Positions 19,905 through 29,694 of a stretch of DNA of 64,000 nucleotides are shown piece after piece. The notes beneath the pieces are model-generated. The model was given only the letters and a program-made list of their open reading frames with translations. It was not told where the DNA came from and did not search any database. The stretch spans positions 960,001 through 1,024,000 of the forward strand of contig OY843584.1 of assembly GCA_963692915.1 (NCBI GenBank), read 5' to 3'. The DNA is from Cenarchaeum sp. GTDB taxonomy: Archaea; Thermoproteota; Nitrososphaeria; Nitrososphaerales; Nitrosopumilaceae. The first letter of the stretch is position 1. Each line of letters opens with the position of its first letter. Both the position numbers and the translations under genes were made by a program.

Positions 19905-20020
19905 CAGACCAACAACGACTCATGCGGTATATATCTATTCACAGCGAACCTAAAAGAACAAGCGCAGTATAGCGTAGAACACGATCCACGATGTGGACAC
20001 ATATGAGCGATTGTGCAACA

Positions 20021-20281
20021 TCATTCTTGTTTTGCGCATGAGCACACTATACACCGCGTAAACGTGTGAGAAGGCGCCGCGCTTTTACCCGCACCGACAA
20101 CAAATTCCTCGTATGTCATCTCGCCTGGATCGCACTCGTCGGTGCATTCCATATAGCCCCCATCATATCCGGGGTGGTTTTTGACCTCTTCCAGGAGACC
20201 ATGTGGGACATACTTGCAGAATGGCACCACGACCACAGTCTGGGTAGTTTTCCTGCAGTGAAAGCACATAGAGATGGCCAT
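20021..20281 (-). CDS. Small Cys-rich hypothetical protein (possible Zn-binding)
   Basis: CFHC, CTDEC and CIVCSC motifs in 86 aa. Confidence 0.5.
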   Translation of the reverse strand: MAISMCFHCRKTTQTVVVVPFCKYVPHGLLEEVKNHPGYDGGYMECTDECDPGEMTYEEFVVGAGKSAAPSHTFTRCIVCSCAKQE

Positions 20282-20582
20282 ATTTCCAAATATGACGGGT
20301 AATTTTACTTAAAAGGAGGATCCCTGTCGAAATTCAATATAGAAGGCTTATAAAGTAAGGTAATAACTGTTGTGGATGGCGTAAGGGTGATGTGCCCGTG
20401 TGCTGTTTGACAACCGATGGTATGCGTGGCACCTGCGGACACGCCTATGCCGGCCTGCCACGGATCACCAGCCATATCGCTCAGCTGACTGCACGTACGC
20501 CATGAAGGGCAGTTCATGGCACATAACCAACTACTGCATTTCTGATCCAAGATATATAGCCCCATTTTTGGCAATGCGCGCA

Positions 20583-20843
20583 ATGGAAATCCACGTGTAC
20601 GACACGTACGTCAAGGCAGCAGATGGACACACAATGCACTTTGACGTCATAACCAAGGAAAAGAACCACGACAAGGCAATCGAGTACGCCAAGGAGTGGC
20701 TCTCAGCCGTTGGCGAGGGCGACTCAAAGGTGACTACCGAAGAGTGCAGCTTTTGCCACTCGCAGGGAGCCCCCGAGCCCGTAGAGAAGGCCATAGCGGA
20801 GAAGGGGTACTTTATCCAAAAGATGGAAGGCTGCCCACAGTAG
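20583..20843 (+). CDS. DUF2024 family protein
   Basis: MEIHVYDTYV...MHFDV...ECSFCHS...GYFIQKMEGCP; TATA-like GATATATA at about 20551. Confidence 0.85.
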   Translation: MEIHVYDTYVKAADGHTMHFDVITKEKNHDKAIEYAKEWLSAVGEGDSKVTTEECSFCHSQGAPEPVEKAIAEKGYFIQKMEGCPQ

Positions 20844-20865
20844 GCGCCTCCACCCACATTTTTTC

Positions 20866-22911
20866 CTATATTGTTGGAAGCGGCACGATGGCCACAAACG
20901 TGGACACGAAGACTATTGCTATCGTGTTTAGGAGCTTTATGACCGTGTTTAGCGCCGGACCGGCAGTGTCCTTGTAGGGATCGCCGATAACGTCACCGAC
21001 CACGGCGACCTTGTGCTCCTCGCTGCCCTTTTGGCCGTTCATCTCGACGAGCTTTTTGGCATTGTCCCAGGCGCCGCCCGTGTTTGCGAGGTGGTACGCA
21101 AGCACTATACCGGTGACGACGGAGCCCATGAGGAGGCCGGCTACGGCCGTGGGTCCGAGGAGCACGCCGAGTGCGATCGGCGCGACGATGGCAATTACGG
21201 CAGTCTTCCAGAGCTCCTTTAGCGAGGCGACAGTCGCAATGTCGACGCATCGCGCATAGTTTGGCTTTGACGTGCCGGCCAATATGCCCGCATCGGCCTT
21301 GAACTGGCTTCGGACCTCGTCGACCATGCGAAATGCCGCGCGCGAGACGCCGCTGATGAGCTGCCCCGTGATGAGAAACGGCAATAGGCCGCCGACGAGA
21401 AGGCCGATGATCACCGTCGGGCTAGTCAGGGTGTAGTTTAGCGCCGTGTGGAACACCTCGGCGGCCTCGAACTGGAACGCCTGTATCATGGCTAGTGCGG
21501 CGAGGCCGGCACTGGCGATCGCAAATCCCTTGGTCACAGCCTTTGTCGTGTTGCCGACTGCGTCGATCTTGTCTGTCACCTTGCGGCGCTCCTCGCTCAT
21601 TCCAGTCATCTCTACGATCCCGCCCGCATTGTCTGCGATCGGCCCAAAGGCGTCAATGCTGAGCACGATTCCGGCAAGGCTCAGCATCGACATTGCCGTG
21701 AGCGACGTGCCAAATATCCCATAGAGCAGTGCGCTCTCGGCATCGGGGGCCGCTGAGGCCGACACGGCAAACGACAGGATGATCGCCACGATAAGCGCGA
21801 TCATGAACGGTCCGGTTGACTTCATTCCCTTGATGATTCCCATGAGAATGAGTGACGCGTATCCCCACTTGGCAGACTCGGCTATCTCCCTCACTGCACC
21901 ATAACGATAGCTCGTATAGCTGTCAGTTATCTTTTGTATTACGGGAACTAGCGCGACGCCGATGATGGTTGACGCAAAGAGCGCCATCGAGGCGTCCGAG
22001 TCCCCAAGAAACATCGACGTTAGCACATAGTTTAGCGCGACGGCGACGGCCGCTGACACATAGAATGCCTTGTTGAGCGGCCCCATGACGTCATCCATTC
22101 CGCCCTTTGCGCGAATTGTCGCAACGCCGACCATCGAGGCGAGCATTCCAGACGCACCAATGAGTATCGGGTACAGCGCGTACTCGGTGAGGCCGATGAG
22201 CGCGGCGATGAGTATCGAAGCCAGCATTGTCACAATGTACGACTCGTAAATGTCCGAGCCCATGCCGGCCGCATCGCCGACGTTGTCGCCGACATTGTCC
22301 GCAATGGTAGCGGGGTTTCGCGGGTCATCCTCGGGAATGTTGGCCTCAACCTTGCCGACGAGGTCTGCGCCCATGTCAGCAGCCTTTGTGTATATGCCGC
22401 CGCCAATCCTCATAAACAGTGCAATGAGGCTAGCGCCTATGCCGACTCCGGCGATGGTTATGGGGTCAGGATAGACATAGTACAGGAGCGCCATGGCAAG
22501 CAGGGCCATCGCCGGCACGGCCAGACCCACGGTGGCGCCCCCGCGAAACGCGAGGACGAACGTCTTGCCCAGGCCGCCCTCTGTGGCGTTGGCCGAGCGC
22601 ACGGCGGCCTTTACCGTTATCTTTAGCGATATGAGGCCAGAGACTGCCGAGAGCGTCGCGCCGACGGCAAAGGCTATCCCGTTGGACGCCCCGATAAAGT
22701 AGCCTATTATGACGGCCATGCCTATCGATATAGGCACGATTATCTTCATCTCACGCCTAAGAAAGGCCGACGCGCCGACGCGCACGGCCTCGGATATCTC
22801 CATCATCTCCTTTGTGCCGGCCTTTTGCTTCACGACCCAGGCGGCAAAGCCGGCTGCCATGGCAAACGACGCCACCGCTGCGATGACGGGTAGGAGCTCG
22901 TAGGCGTCCAT
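20866..22911 (-). CDS. hppA: Membrane H+-translocating pyrophosphatase, probably K+-independent
   Basis: DMGADLVGKVE, EDDPRN, DNVGDNVGD, GGAWDNAKK, GDPYKD. GNTTKA has Lys at the site that determines K+ dependence. Confidence 0.96.
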   Translation of the reverse strand: MDAYELLPVIAAVASFAMAAGFAAWVVKQKAGTKEMMEISEAVRVGASAFLRREMKIIVPISIGMAVIIGYFIGASNGIAFAVGATLSAVSGLISLKITVKAAVRSANATEGGLGKTFVLAFRGGATVGLAVPAMALLAMALLYYVYPDPITIAGVGIGASLIALFMRIGGGIYTKAADMGADLVGKVEANIPEDDPRNPATIADNVGDNVGDAAGMGSDIYESYIVTMLASILIAALIGLTEYALYPILIGASGMLASMVGVATIRAKGGMDDVMGPLNKAFYVSAAVAVALNYVLTSMFLGDSDASMALFASTIIGVALVPVIQKITDSYTSYRYGAVREIAESAKWGYASLILMGIIKGMKSTGPFMIALIVAIILSFAVSASAAPDAESALLYGIFGTSLTAMSMLSLAGIVLSIDAFGPIADNAGGIVEMTGMSEERRKVTDKIDAVGNTTKAVTKGFAIASAGLAALAMIQAFQFEAAEVFHTALNYTLTSPTVIIGLLVGGLLPFLITGQLISGVSRAAFRMVDEVRSQFKADAGILAGTSKPNYARCVDIATVASLKELWKTAVIAIVAPIALGVLLGPTAVAGLLMGSVVTGIVLAYHLANTGGAWDNAKKLVEMNGQKGSEEHKVAVVGDVIGDPYKDTAGPALNTVIKLLNTIAIVFVSTFVAIVPLPTI

Positions 22912-22948
22912 TAATGCGCGCACGCCTCTTACGCATGAATATAAACCA

Positions 22949-23326
22949 TCAATCGGCGGCGGCCCGCGTTCGCCGCCGGTAGGGCAGGAAGCGCCTTCCG
23001 GCCAGCCCGCGGCGCACAAGGCGGTTAAAGCGCCTCCCGTGCGACAGGTACGGGAACCTCATGTGAACCAGCTCGTGGACTATGGTGTTCTCGAGGGTCT
23101 TTTCGTCAGGGATCTTGCGCACGTTGATGAAGACGAGGTTCTGCTCTAGGTACGAGACGCCATAATACTTGTAGGCCGTTGTGCGCCTTCCGTCGGTGAT
23201 CTCACGCGGCATGGAGAGGACCTCGCGCGAGGTGAGCAGGACGACAGGGGCAGGAATCGAAAAGCGGGCCGAGTATATGCCGACCTTTTCAAGAATCGCC
23301 AGGCGGAGGTCGTCATCAAGCCTCAT
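22949..23326 (-). CDS. SprT/M48-like zinc metalloprotease domain protein
   Basis: TIVHELVH...HGRRF. Confidence 0.75.
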   Translation of the reverse strand: MRLDDDLRLAILEKVGIYSARFSIPAPVVLLTSREVLSMPREITDGRRTTAYKYYGVSYLEQNLVFINVRKIPDEKTLENTIVHELVHMRFPYLSHGRRFNRLVRRGLAGRRFLPYRRRTRAAAD

Positions 23327-23416
23327 GGCAGGCAATGCGCGTACGAGTGTATATCATCGTGGGTCAGCTCTTGCTCGTCGCCGAGTCGAGCAATGTTGAA
23401 CGCGGTTCCCGTGTTA

Positions 23417-23428
23417 AGTTATTATACG
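23417..23428 (+). promoter_or_regulatory. TATA box of tRNA-Gly
   Basis: TTATTATA about 28-35 bp upstream of the tRNA 5' end. Confidence 0.55.
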
Positions 23429-23453
23429 CGTGGGGCATCGCATGCAGAATAGC

Positions 23454-23530
23454 GCGAAGTTAGTATAGCCTGGTGGTACACCAGCTTCCCAAGCTGGGAG
23501 TCGCGGGTTCGAATCCCGCACTTCGCACCA
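23454..23530 (+). tRNA. tRNA-Gly(CCC), CCA encoded
   Basis: Acceptor stem GCGAAGT/ACTTCGC; anticodon arm CCAGC-TTCCCAA-GCTGG; T arm GCGGG-TTCGAAT-CCCGC; ends ACCA. Confidence 0.96.
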
Positions 23531-23570
23531 TTCACATGCATTTAAAACATCACACGTTTTGGGCTTGACC

Positions 23571-24107
23571 ATGGACGAATGGGAAGCGCGCGTGGTCGTC
23601 AAGCACCTGGCCGATGAAGAGGAACGCGAGGTCGGCTCGCTCCTGCTGGACATGGGACTAGAGCTTGTCGCCGTGCATTCGCCTGTTTCGCTAAGTGATG
23701 AGAGAAACAACAGGGAGGGTGAAGTCGACCTGCTCCTCAGGCTGGGGGACACGGCGGTAATTGCCGAGGTGAGTGTGCAGAAGAGCAGAGGTTCCAAAGT
23801 AGATCATTTTTTCAGTGTGTTTGGGACAAAAGACGTGTTGGATGAATTAAAAAGAAAGCATGTGAAGATAAGAGATGCACGCAACTTTAGAAGGATTTAT
23901 TTTGATATGCATCACAGCTATAATATGAAGGAATTTGACGACATTAAAGAGCAGCTAAAGTTGGAAGGGAACTTTATGGTGCTAAAGGACGAGTTTGGCG
24001 CCATAAAAGAGTGGGTCGGCGAACGCAAGAGAACGCAGACACAGCAGCTCTTTGACGTCATGGTGTCAAGAAACGGCAATGAGGCCATATCGTGCCCCAA
24101 AGCCTAG
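23571..24107 (+). CDS. PD-(D/E)xK-fold nuclease-like hypothetical protein
   Basis: EWE...GEVDLLLRLGDTAVIAEVS; AT-rich 3' half; immediately after the tRNA. Confidence 0.55.
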   Translation: MDEWEARVVVKHLADEEEREVGSLLLDMGLELVAVHSPVSLSDERNNREGEVDLLLRLGDTAVIAEVSVQKSRGSKVDHFFSVFGTKDVLDELKRKHVKIRDARNFRRIYFDMHHSYNMKEFDDIKEQLKLEGNFMVLKDEFGAIKEWVGERKRTQTQQLFDVMVSRNGNEAISCPKA

Positions 24108-24155
24108 GACGTCGGCAAGATGGTCACAGTCAGAAATTGGTAGCAAATCACTGGA

Positions 24156-24680
24156 TCATTCAGCCACCGGTTCATCATCCCTGTGTTTCATCGAGCCCAT
24201 GATGCGGCGCGCTTTATCCCTTACCCCCGCACCCACGACCACGATCACCATGCCCTCACCAGGCTGTCCATAGGCCACAACAGAGCCGTCATCGCACATG
24301 TCACATAGCGGAACCGTGAGTAGATCCTCCTCGCCATCAACGGTGATGCGCACCGGTCGCGGTGCGTCGAGTGCGGTGCGCAGCGCGCAGAGTGCGCCAT
24401 CTGATATGGTGCCTGCTGCGTTTGAGCATGACAGGGACGTTGCCGGTGAGCCGTCCGGATATGTGCGCGAGGTGCGCCTCTCGTAGCCGTCAACGACCTG
24501 CACGCCGGCCTCCATGCCAAGCTGCGCGAGGCGGCCCGTGGTCGCATCTCCGACTGCAACGACTAGCGCGCCGTCAGGAATCTCAGAGCGCACTCTTACT
24601 GCAGTGATCTCGCGATCCGGAACAAGGACTCCAAGTGGCTCCTTTAGCGCAGCACGCATGGCCTCCGGGAGGACTAGCAT
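24156..24680 (-). CDS. GTP-dependent dephospho-CoA kinase (DUF359)
   Basis: LKEPLG, AVGDAT, VDG, NAAGTI, VDGEEDLL, YGQPGEG. Confidence 0.9.
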   Translation of the reverse strand: MLVLPEAMRAALKEPLGVLVPDREITAVRVRSEIPDGALVVAVGDATTGRLAQLGMEAGVQVVDGYERRTSRTYPDGSPATSLSCSNAAGTISDGALCALRTALDAPRPVRITVDGEEDLLTVPLCDMCDDGSVVAYGQPGEGMVIVVVGAGVRDKARRIMGSMKHRDDEPVAE

Positions 24681-24690
24681 GGTGGCGCAC

Positions 24691-25848
24691 CTAGGGCGAG
24701 GCCGCCGTTCCTAGTGCCTGCCCCGCCTGCTGTGGCTGGGCAACTGGCTCGGGCTCGGCGGGCTCGGCGCCCGTAGCCTCCTCGCCGGCTGCAAGGCGCG
24801 CGGCAATGATGCTGCACTGCGCGGCGACATTCTTGGCGGCGGCCTCAAACGCGCGTGCGCTAGGCGATTCGGGATCCGTCAGCATGACAGGCTTGCCCGT
24901 GTCCGAGCCGGCCATTATCCCCGAGTTGAGCGGTATGTCCCCAAGGTTTGGTATCTTGAACTGCTCGCTTATCCTCTCGGCCCCGCCGGTTCCGAACACG
25001 CGATGGCGCTCCCCGCACTTTGTGCACTCAAATGCGCTCATGTTCTCTATAATACCGAGTATTGGCACATTGAGCTTTGTGAACATGCCAAGGGCTTTTA
25101 CTGCAACGCTGCTGGCAACTTGCTGTGGCGTGGTCACCACGAGAATTCCCGTTATTGGTATGGTCTGGGCCAGCGTGAGCGGGATGTCCCCTGTGCCCGG
25201 CGGCAGGTCCACGATAAGATAGTCAAGATCGCTCCAGTCAGTGTCCACAAGAAACTGGCGCAGTATTCCTGAGATGATCGGACCCCTGTATATGGCCGCC
25301 TGGTGCTCTTGCTCGCCAAAGAACCCAAATGACACAACGTCAATCCCGTTGGACTTTGTGGGGCGCAGCTTGTGCTTTTCCTCGTCTACCTCCATAAACC
25401 CCTCTGTGATCCCGAGCATGAGCGGTATGGACGGACCGTAAATGTCAGCGTCAAGGAGACCAACCTTTGCGCCGGTTCGTGAGAGCGCCAGTGCGAGGTT
25501 TAGCGCAACTGTAGACTTGCCAACGCCGCCCTTGCCGCTAGCCACGCCAATGATGTTCTTTACTGTCTTCATGCCCATGTCATCCTCAAGCGAGCGACCC
25601 TCCATGACCTTTGCCGTCACGTTTAGGTCGAGCTTTGAGACCCCCTCGATCTCCGAGACGGCGTTTCGCACGTCACGCTCAATGTCATCATTGAACGGGC
25701 ATGCCGGAGTCGTGAGCTCTAGCGTAAACTTTAGGTTTCCGGCATCAAGCTCTAGATCCTTTATCATTCCCATCGAGACGATATCCTTTTTCAGATCAGG
25801 GTCTATCACGGTTGCGAGCTTTTCTAGCACCTGATCAACGCCAACCAT
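24691..25848 (-). CDS. Mrp/NBP35 (ApbC) Fe-S cluster carrier ATPase
   Basis: N-terminal DUF59 (TTPACP), SGKGGVGKST, DLPPGTGD, CxxC. Confidence 0.93.
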   Translation of the reverse strand: MVGVDQVLEKLATVIDPDLKKDIVSMGMIKDLELDAGNLKFTLELTTPACPFNDDIERDVRNAVSEIEGVSKLDLNVTAKVMEGRSLEDDMGMKTVKNIIGVASGKGGVGKSTVALNLALALSRTGAKVGLLDADIYGPSIPLMLGITEGFMEVDEEKHKLRPTKSNGIDVVSFGFFGEQEHQAAIYRGPIISGILRQFLVDTDWSDLDYLIVDLPPGTGDIPLTLAQTIPITGILVVTTPQQVASSVAVKALGMFTKLNVPILGIIENMSAFECTKCGERHRVFGTGGAERISEQFKIPNLGDIPLNSGIMAGSDTGKPVMLTDPESPSARAFEAAAKNVAAQCSIIAARLAAGEEATGAEPAEPEPVAQPQQAGQALGTAASP

Positions 25849-26046
25849 GAGCAAAATTGCCGACGCACATTATTTAAAGATAGACAGATTTTCGTCACCG
25901 TTACGCGCCACAGGGCGGCACGGGTCGCGCCGTCCATGGTGCGCCATTGTACCGTACACCACGATAGTACGTGAAATCGCCGGCGTGATTTTGCGCATAG
26001 GGTGGCAAACGTTCATAAACTTTGGATCGTGCGTTGGCACAACAAG

Positions 26047-26679
26047 TTGTTCTCCATATCGAGCCTAGTCGATGTCGTGCGCATACCTCCAAACCTCTTT
26101 GGAACGACGATGAAAAAGGCCGCGATGAATATACTCAAGGAGAAATACGAGAGCATGATAAACGCCGAGCTCGGCTATATCATCATGATCCTCGACGTAA
26201 AGGTAGAGGAGATGGGAAGGCTGATTGCCGGTGACGGCGGGACGTTTCACAGGGTCGAGTTTGATGCGCTCACGTTCTATCCAAAGCTGCAGGAGATCGT
26301 GCGCGGCGAGATTGTAGACATTACGGACTTTGGCGCGTTTGTGAGGATAGGCCCGACTGATGCCCTCCTACACCTCTCGCAGGTCATGGACGACTATCTA
26401 AAGAGCGACGTAAAGGCCGGCACCATATTTGCAAACCAGAGCGAGAGGACACTAAAGGTCGGCTCGACTCTGCGAACAAGGATAACTGCCGTGTCCCTCG
26501 GCAAGGCCGCATCCATGGGCAAGATTGGAATAACGTGCAGACAGCCGTTCCTTGGCGCCGATGAGTGGGTTGCCGAGGAGGTAAAGGGCTCAACAGGTGG
26601 CGCAAAGGCCAAAAAGCCCGAGGGCAAAAAGGCAGAGGCGGCTGCCCCCAAGGCCAAAGCCAAGGCGGGATCAAAGTAG
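26047..26679 (+). CDS. rpo7: RNA polymerase subunit E' (Rpo7)
   Basis: DVVRIPP, GDG, FGAFVRIGPTDALLHLSQ, KIGITCRQPFLG; TTG start. Confidence 0.95.
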   Translation: MFSISSLVDVVRIPPNLFGTTMKKAAMNILKEKYESMINAELGYIIMILDVKVEEMGRLIAGDGGTFHRVEFDALTFYPKLQEIVRGEIVDITDFGAFVRIGPTDALLHLSQVMDDYLKSDVKAGTIFANQSERTLKVGSTLRTRITAVSLGKAASMGKIGITCRQPFLGADEWVAEEVKGSTGGAKAKKPEGKKAEAAAPKAKAKAGSK

Positions 26680-26681
26680 CC

Positions 26682-26870
26682 ATGGCTCGCGAGATGGCAT
26701 GTCGCAAGTGCAAGTTCGTGACGACTGGCAAGGTCTGTCCCAGCTGCAAGTCATCTGACCTTACGCCGGACTGGAACGGGATCGTGCTCGTCGTGGATCC
26801 CGAGACTTCCAACATTGCCAGCACGCTAGGCATAACTGGAAAGGGCAAGTATGCCCTAAAGGTAACATGA
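26682..26870 (+). CDS. spt4: Transcription elongation factor Spt4 (RpoE'')
   Basis: ACRKCK...CPSC...WNG...GKYALKV. Confidence 0.95.
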   Translation: MAREMACRKCKFVTTGKVCPSCKSSDLTPDWNGIVLVVDPETSNIASTLGITGKGKYALKVT

Positions 26871-26871
26871 G

Positions 26872-27708
26872 TTGCCGCAAAGCCCAAGGGGCCAGATTGC
26901 GCGATTTCTAGCCGAGGACATTGGCAGGGGCGACATTACCAGTGCGCTCCTTCCGCGCACGCGACTTGATGCCACTCTGATCACAAGGGAGGCGTGCGTG
27001 ATCGCCGGCGCAAAGTGGGCGCGCGTGGCCTTTGAGCTTCGCGGGTGCGCCGTGCGCGCTCACGTGCGTGACGGCCGGCGAGCGCGCGCCGGCCAGGCCA
27101 TAATGGATGTGCGCGGCACGGCACAGGGCGTCCTCTCCGCCGAGAGGACTGCGCTCAATGTCCTCTCTCGCATGAGCGGAATTGCGACACAGACGCGGGC
27201 GCTCACGGCCATGCTGCGAGGGACACGTGCGCGCATCTATGCGACGCGCAAGACAGCACCCGGCATGGGGTTCTTTGACAAGGAGGCAGTCGCTACTGGC
27301 GGCGGAATGAGGCACAGGATGGACCTGGGCGAGGCGATTCTCATAAAGGACAACCACATCCTTGCCGCAGCAGCCTCTGAAATCGGCATGGAGGAGCTCG
27401 TGAGGCGCGCCGTGCGAAGGCACAGGAACGTAGAGGTCGAAGTCGAGGACGTGCGCGATGCGCTGGCCGCAGCGCGCGCCGGCGCGCGCATCATAATGCT
27501 TGACAATTTTACACCGGCGCGCGCGAGGAGTGCCGTGGAGTCGATCAAGCGCGAGGGGCTTCGCAGGCGCGTGAGGCTAGAGGCCTCTGGCGGCATTGGC
27601 GCGCGCAACATTGCCGCGTACGCAAGGGCCGGCGTTGACATGATATCAGTGGGATCGATAACGTCATCCGTGCGCTCCATAGACATGAGCCTCGAGGCGC
27701 GCGTCTAG
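26872..27708 (+). CDS. nadC: Nicotinate-nucleotide pyrophosphorylase (QPRTase)
   Basis: EDIGRGDIT, TRKT, HR, IKDNH, EVEVE, MLDN, EASGG. Confidence 0.95.
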   Translation: MPQSPRGQIARFLAEDIGRGDITSALLPRTRLDATLITREACVIAGAKWARVAFELRGCAVRAHVRDGRRARAGQAIMDVRGTAQGVLSAERTALNVLSRMSGIATQTRALTAMLRGTRARIYATRKTAPGMGFFDKEAVATGGGMRHRMDLGEAILIKDNHILAAAASEIGMEELVRRAVRRHRNVEVEVEDVRDALAAARAGARIIMLDNFTPARARSAVESIKREGLRRRVRLEASGGIGARNIAAYARAGVDMISVGSITSSVRSIDMSLEARV

Positions 27709-28664
27709 CCTATCTCAAGCATACGCCGGATGGCACGCCGCGCGAGCTCGGCAGTTCGCGCCGGAACCCTCACCTCGTGCTGCGAATGGAGGAGTGAGTC
27801 ACGGACCTTTTCGAGCGTTATCATCTTCATGTACTGGCATTCAGCAGTGTCAGAGGCGGCAACAAAGCGCTTGTCAGGATTTTGGCGTGCAAGGCGGTAC
27901 ATCATGCCAGTCTCCGTTGCAACAACAAAGCTGTTAGAGTCAGACTCGGCGGCGCGCCTCATCATGCCTTCTGTGGACAGGACGCTTGCTCGAATGTTCC
28001 CGTACCCGCCAGTGGCGACATCGTGGAGTATGGGAGTTGTGCAGCTGCATTCGGGGTGCACGAGAAACTCGGCATCGCGCATTGAGTCCATCTTTTTGGC
28101 AACATCCTCTGGCCGTATGCCGGCGTGAACATGGCACTCACCGGCCCAGATTCGCATGTTCTTGCGCCCCGTCATCTTGGCGACGTATGCGCCAAGGAAC
28201 ATGTCAGGGAGGAACAGTATCTCGCGCGAGGGGGGGATCGCGTTGACCACGGCAACGGCGTTAGATGACGTGCAGCAATAGTCGAGCTCGGCCTTTATCG
28301 CCGCCGTCGTGTTGACATATCCCACGGCCACCGCACCCTCGTGGCGTGCCTTCCACGACCTGAGATCATCGACTGTTATCGAGTCAGACAGCGAGCATCC
28401 CGCATCAAGATCAGGTATCAGGACACGCTTTTGGGGCGATATTATGGCCGCAGTCTCGGCCATAAAGTGGACGCCGCAGAACAGTATGGTCGAGTGCGGG
28501 GTTTGCGCCGCCTGCCTGGCGAGCCCAAGCGAGTCGCCGACATAGTCGGCCACATCCTGCACGCCGGGAACCTGATAGTTGTGGGCCAGTATGACCGTGT
28601 CCGTCTTGGCCTTTAGGCGCATGACCTCCTCTGTGAGCGCCTGTTGGGCCGCATTGCCAACCAT
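27705..28664 (-). CDS. nadA: Quinolinate synthase
   Basis: ILAHNYQ, FCGVHFMAE, GCSL, CHVH, HPEC, CQYMK; start uncertain. Confidence 0.95.
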   Translation of the reverse strand: MVGNAAQQALTEEVMRLKAKTDTVILAHNYQVPGVQDVADYVGDSLGLARQAAQTPHSTILFCGVHFMAETAAIISPQKRVLIPDLDAGCSLSDSITVDDLRSWKARHEGAVAVGYVNTTAAIKAELDYCCTSSNAVAVVNAIPPSREILFLPDMFLGAYVAKMTGRKNMRIWAGECHVHAGIRPEDVAKKMDSMRDAEFLVHPECSCTTPILHDVATGGYGNIRASVLSTEGMMRRAAESDSNSFVVATETGMMYRLARQNPDKRFVAASDTAECQYMKMITLEKVRDSLLHSQHEVRVPARTAELARRAIRRMLEIG

Positions 28665-28755
28665 TGCGCAGGGGACTGCCGCGTCCCGCATTTAAAGAGT
28701 GGCGAGACGGCATTTTGTGCGCAATGCTGCGCACAATGTGGCAATTATTGCCCGC

Positions 28756-29565
28756 TCAGGCGCCCAGTCTAACCGAGCCGCGCGTGCCACACACGCGCGC
28801 GAGCAGGTCGAGTGCCGAGAGGGCGGCCAGTCGGCTCGTCCGTGGGTTTGATGCGTCAGGCACATTGGAGACGGTAATCTCCATGGAGCCAAACGCGCCG
28901 TGGGCCTCAATCCTGTGCGTATTGGATGATGTGGCACAGTCTGCAACGATGCGCACCCTAGTGCGGTGTGCGCCCAGAGTCGCGAGGCTCAAGAGTGCGG
29001 CAACGTTGATGTTTTTCGGAAATCTCAAGACGGCATCAATGGCACTGCCTGAAAAGATTTCAGCCGATCCTGCAGTGGGCAACTCACTTGCGCCGGGTGC
29101 GCCGCGCAGCGAGTCAGGATGCTTTGTGGTCGTCAGCGTGACTGCGTCAAGCTCGTTGCGTACTGCACGCAACGCGTCAAGACCTGCCATGGCGCCTGAC
29201 GGCAGGTAGATGAACCGGCCGAACTCGGCACATGCCTCAGAGAGCACCTCAAGGATCGACTCGTCTAGCAATGCGCCGACGCTCATGACCACAAGGTCAC
29301 GCCTGTTCTGTATGACGCTTAGAGCATAGTCACGCACTGCATTCTGCGAGGCGGCCTCGACGACCATGTCGACCGGGTACGAGGAGAGCATGTGCGCGTT
29401 CTCGGCAATGGCCGGAGGCGAGGAGAGCGAGGAGACGAGTCGCGCAGAGGCCTCTGGAACCTCGTCATACACGTGCGTGAGGCGCGCATCGACTGCGCCC
29501 GAGTCGATTGCGCGCGCGATCTGGCTCCCAATTGCGCCACACCCAAGGAGGGCTACCCGCTTCAT
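28756..29565 (-). CDS. nadX: L-aspartate dehydrogenase
   Basis: GCGAIG, VEAAS, PSGA, FPKNINVA, NPRTS. Confidence 0.93.
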   Translation of the reverse strand: MKRVALLGCGAIGSQIARAIDSGAVDARLTHVYDEVPEASARLVSSLSSPPAIAENAHMLSSYPVDMVVEAASQNAVRDYALSVIQNRRDLVVMSVGALLDESILEVLSEACAEFGRFIYLPSGAMAGLDALRAVRNELDAVTLTTTKHPDSLRGAPGASELPTAGSAEIFSGSAIDAVLRFPKNINVAALLSLATLGAHRTRVRIVADCATSSNTHRIEAHGAFGSMEITVSNVPDASNPRTSRLAALSALDLLARVCGTRGSVRLGA

Positions 29566-29694
29566 GGTCGGGGCGCCGCCGGCGTGGCGCAATTAATCCT
29601 ACGCATTGCGGCAACCCATGCCACACATGCCACGTGCGTCGGCAAGGGAGAGTGGGCAAAGAGCCTTTAATAGAGAATTTCCGGCGGTTGTGAG

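Noticed and set aside
20745-20760. CSFCH in DUF2024 as a c-type heme motif
   Set aside because: No signal peptide; the motif is a family feature of a cytoplasmic protein
23520-24160. Integrated element with attR at tRNA-Gly
   Set aside because: No repeat of the tRNA 3' end and no integrase seen in the window
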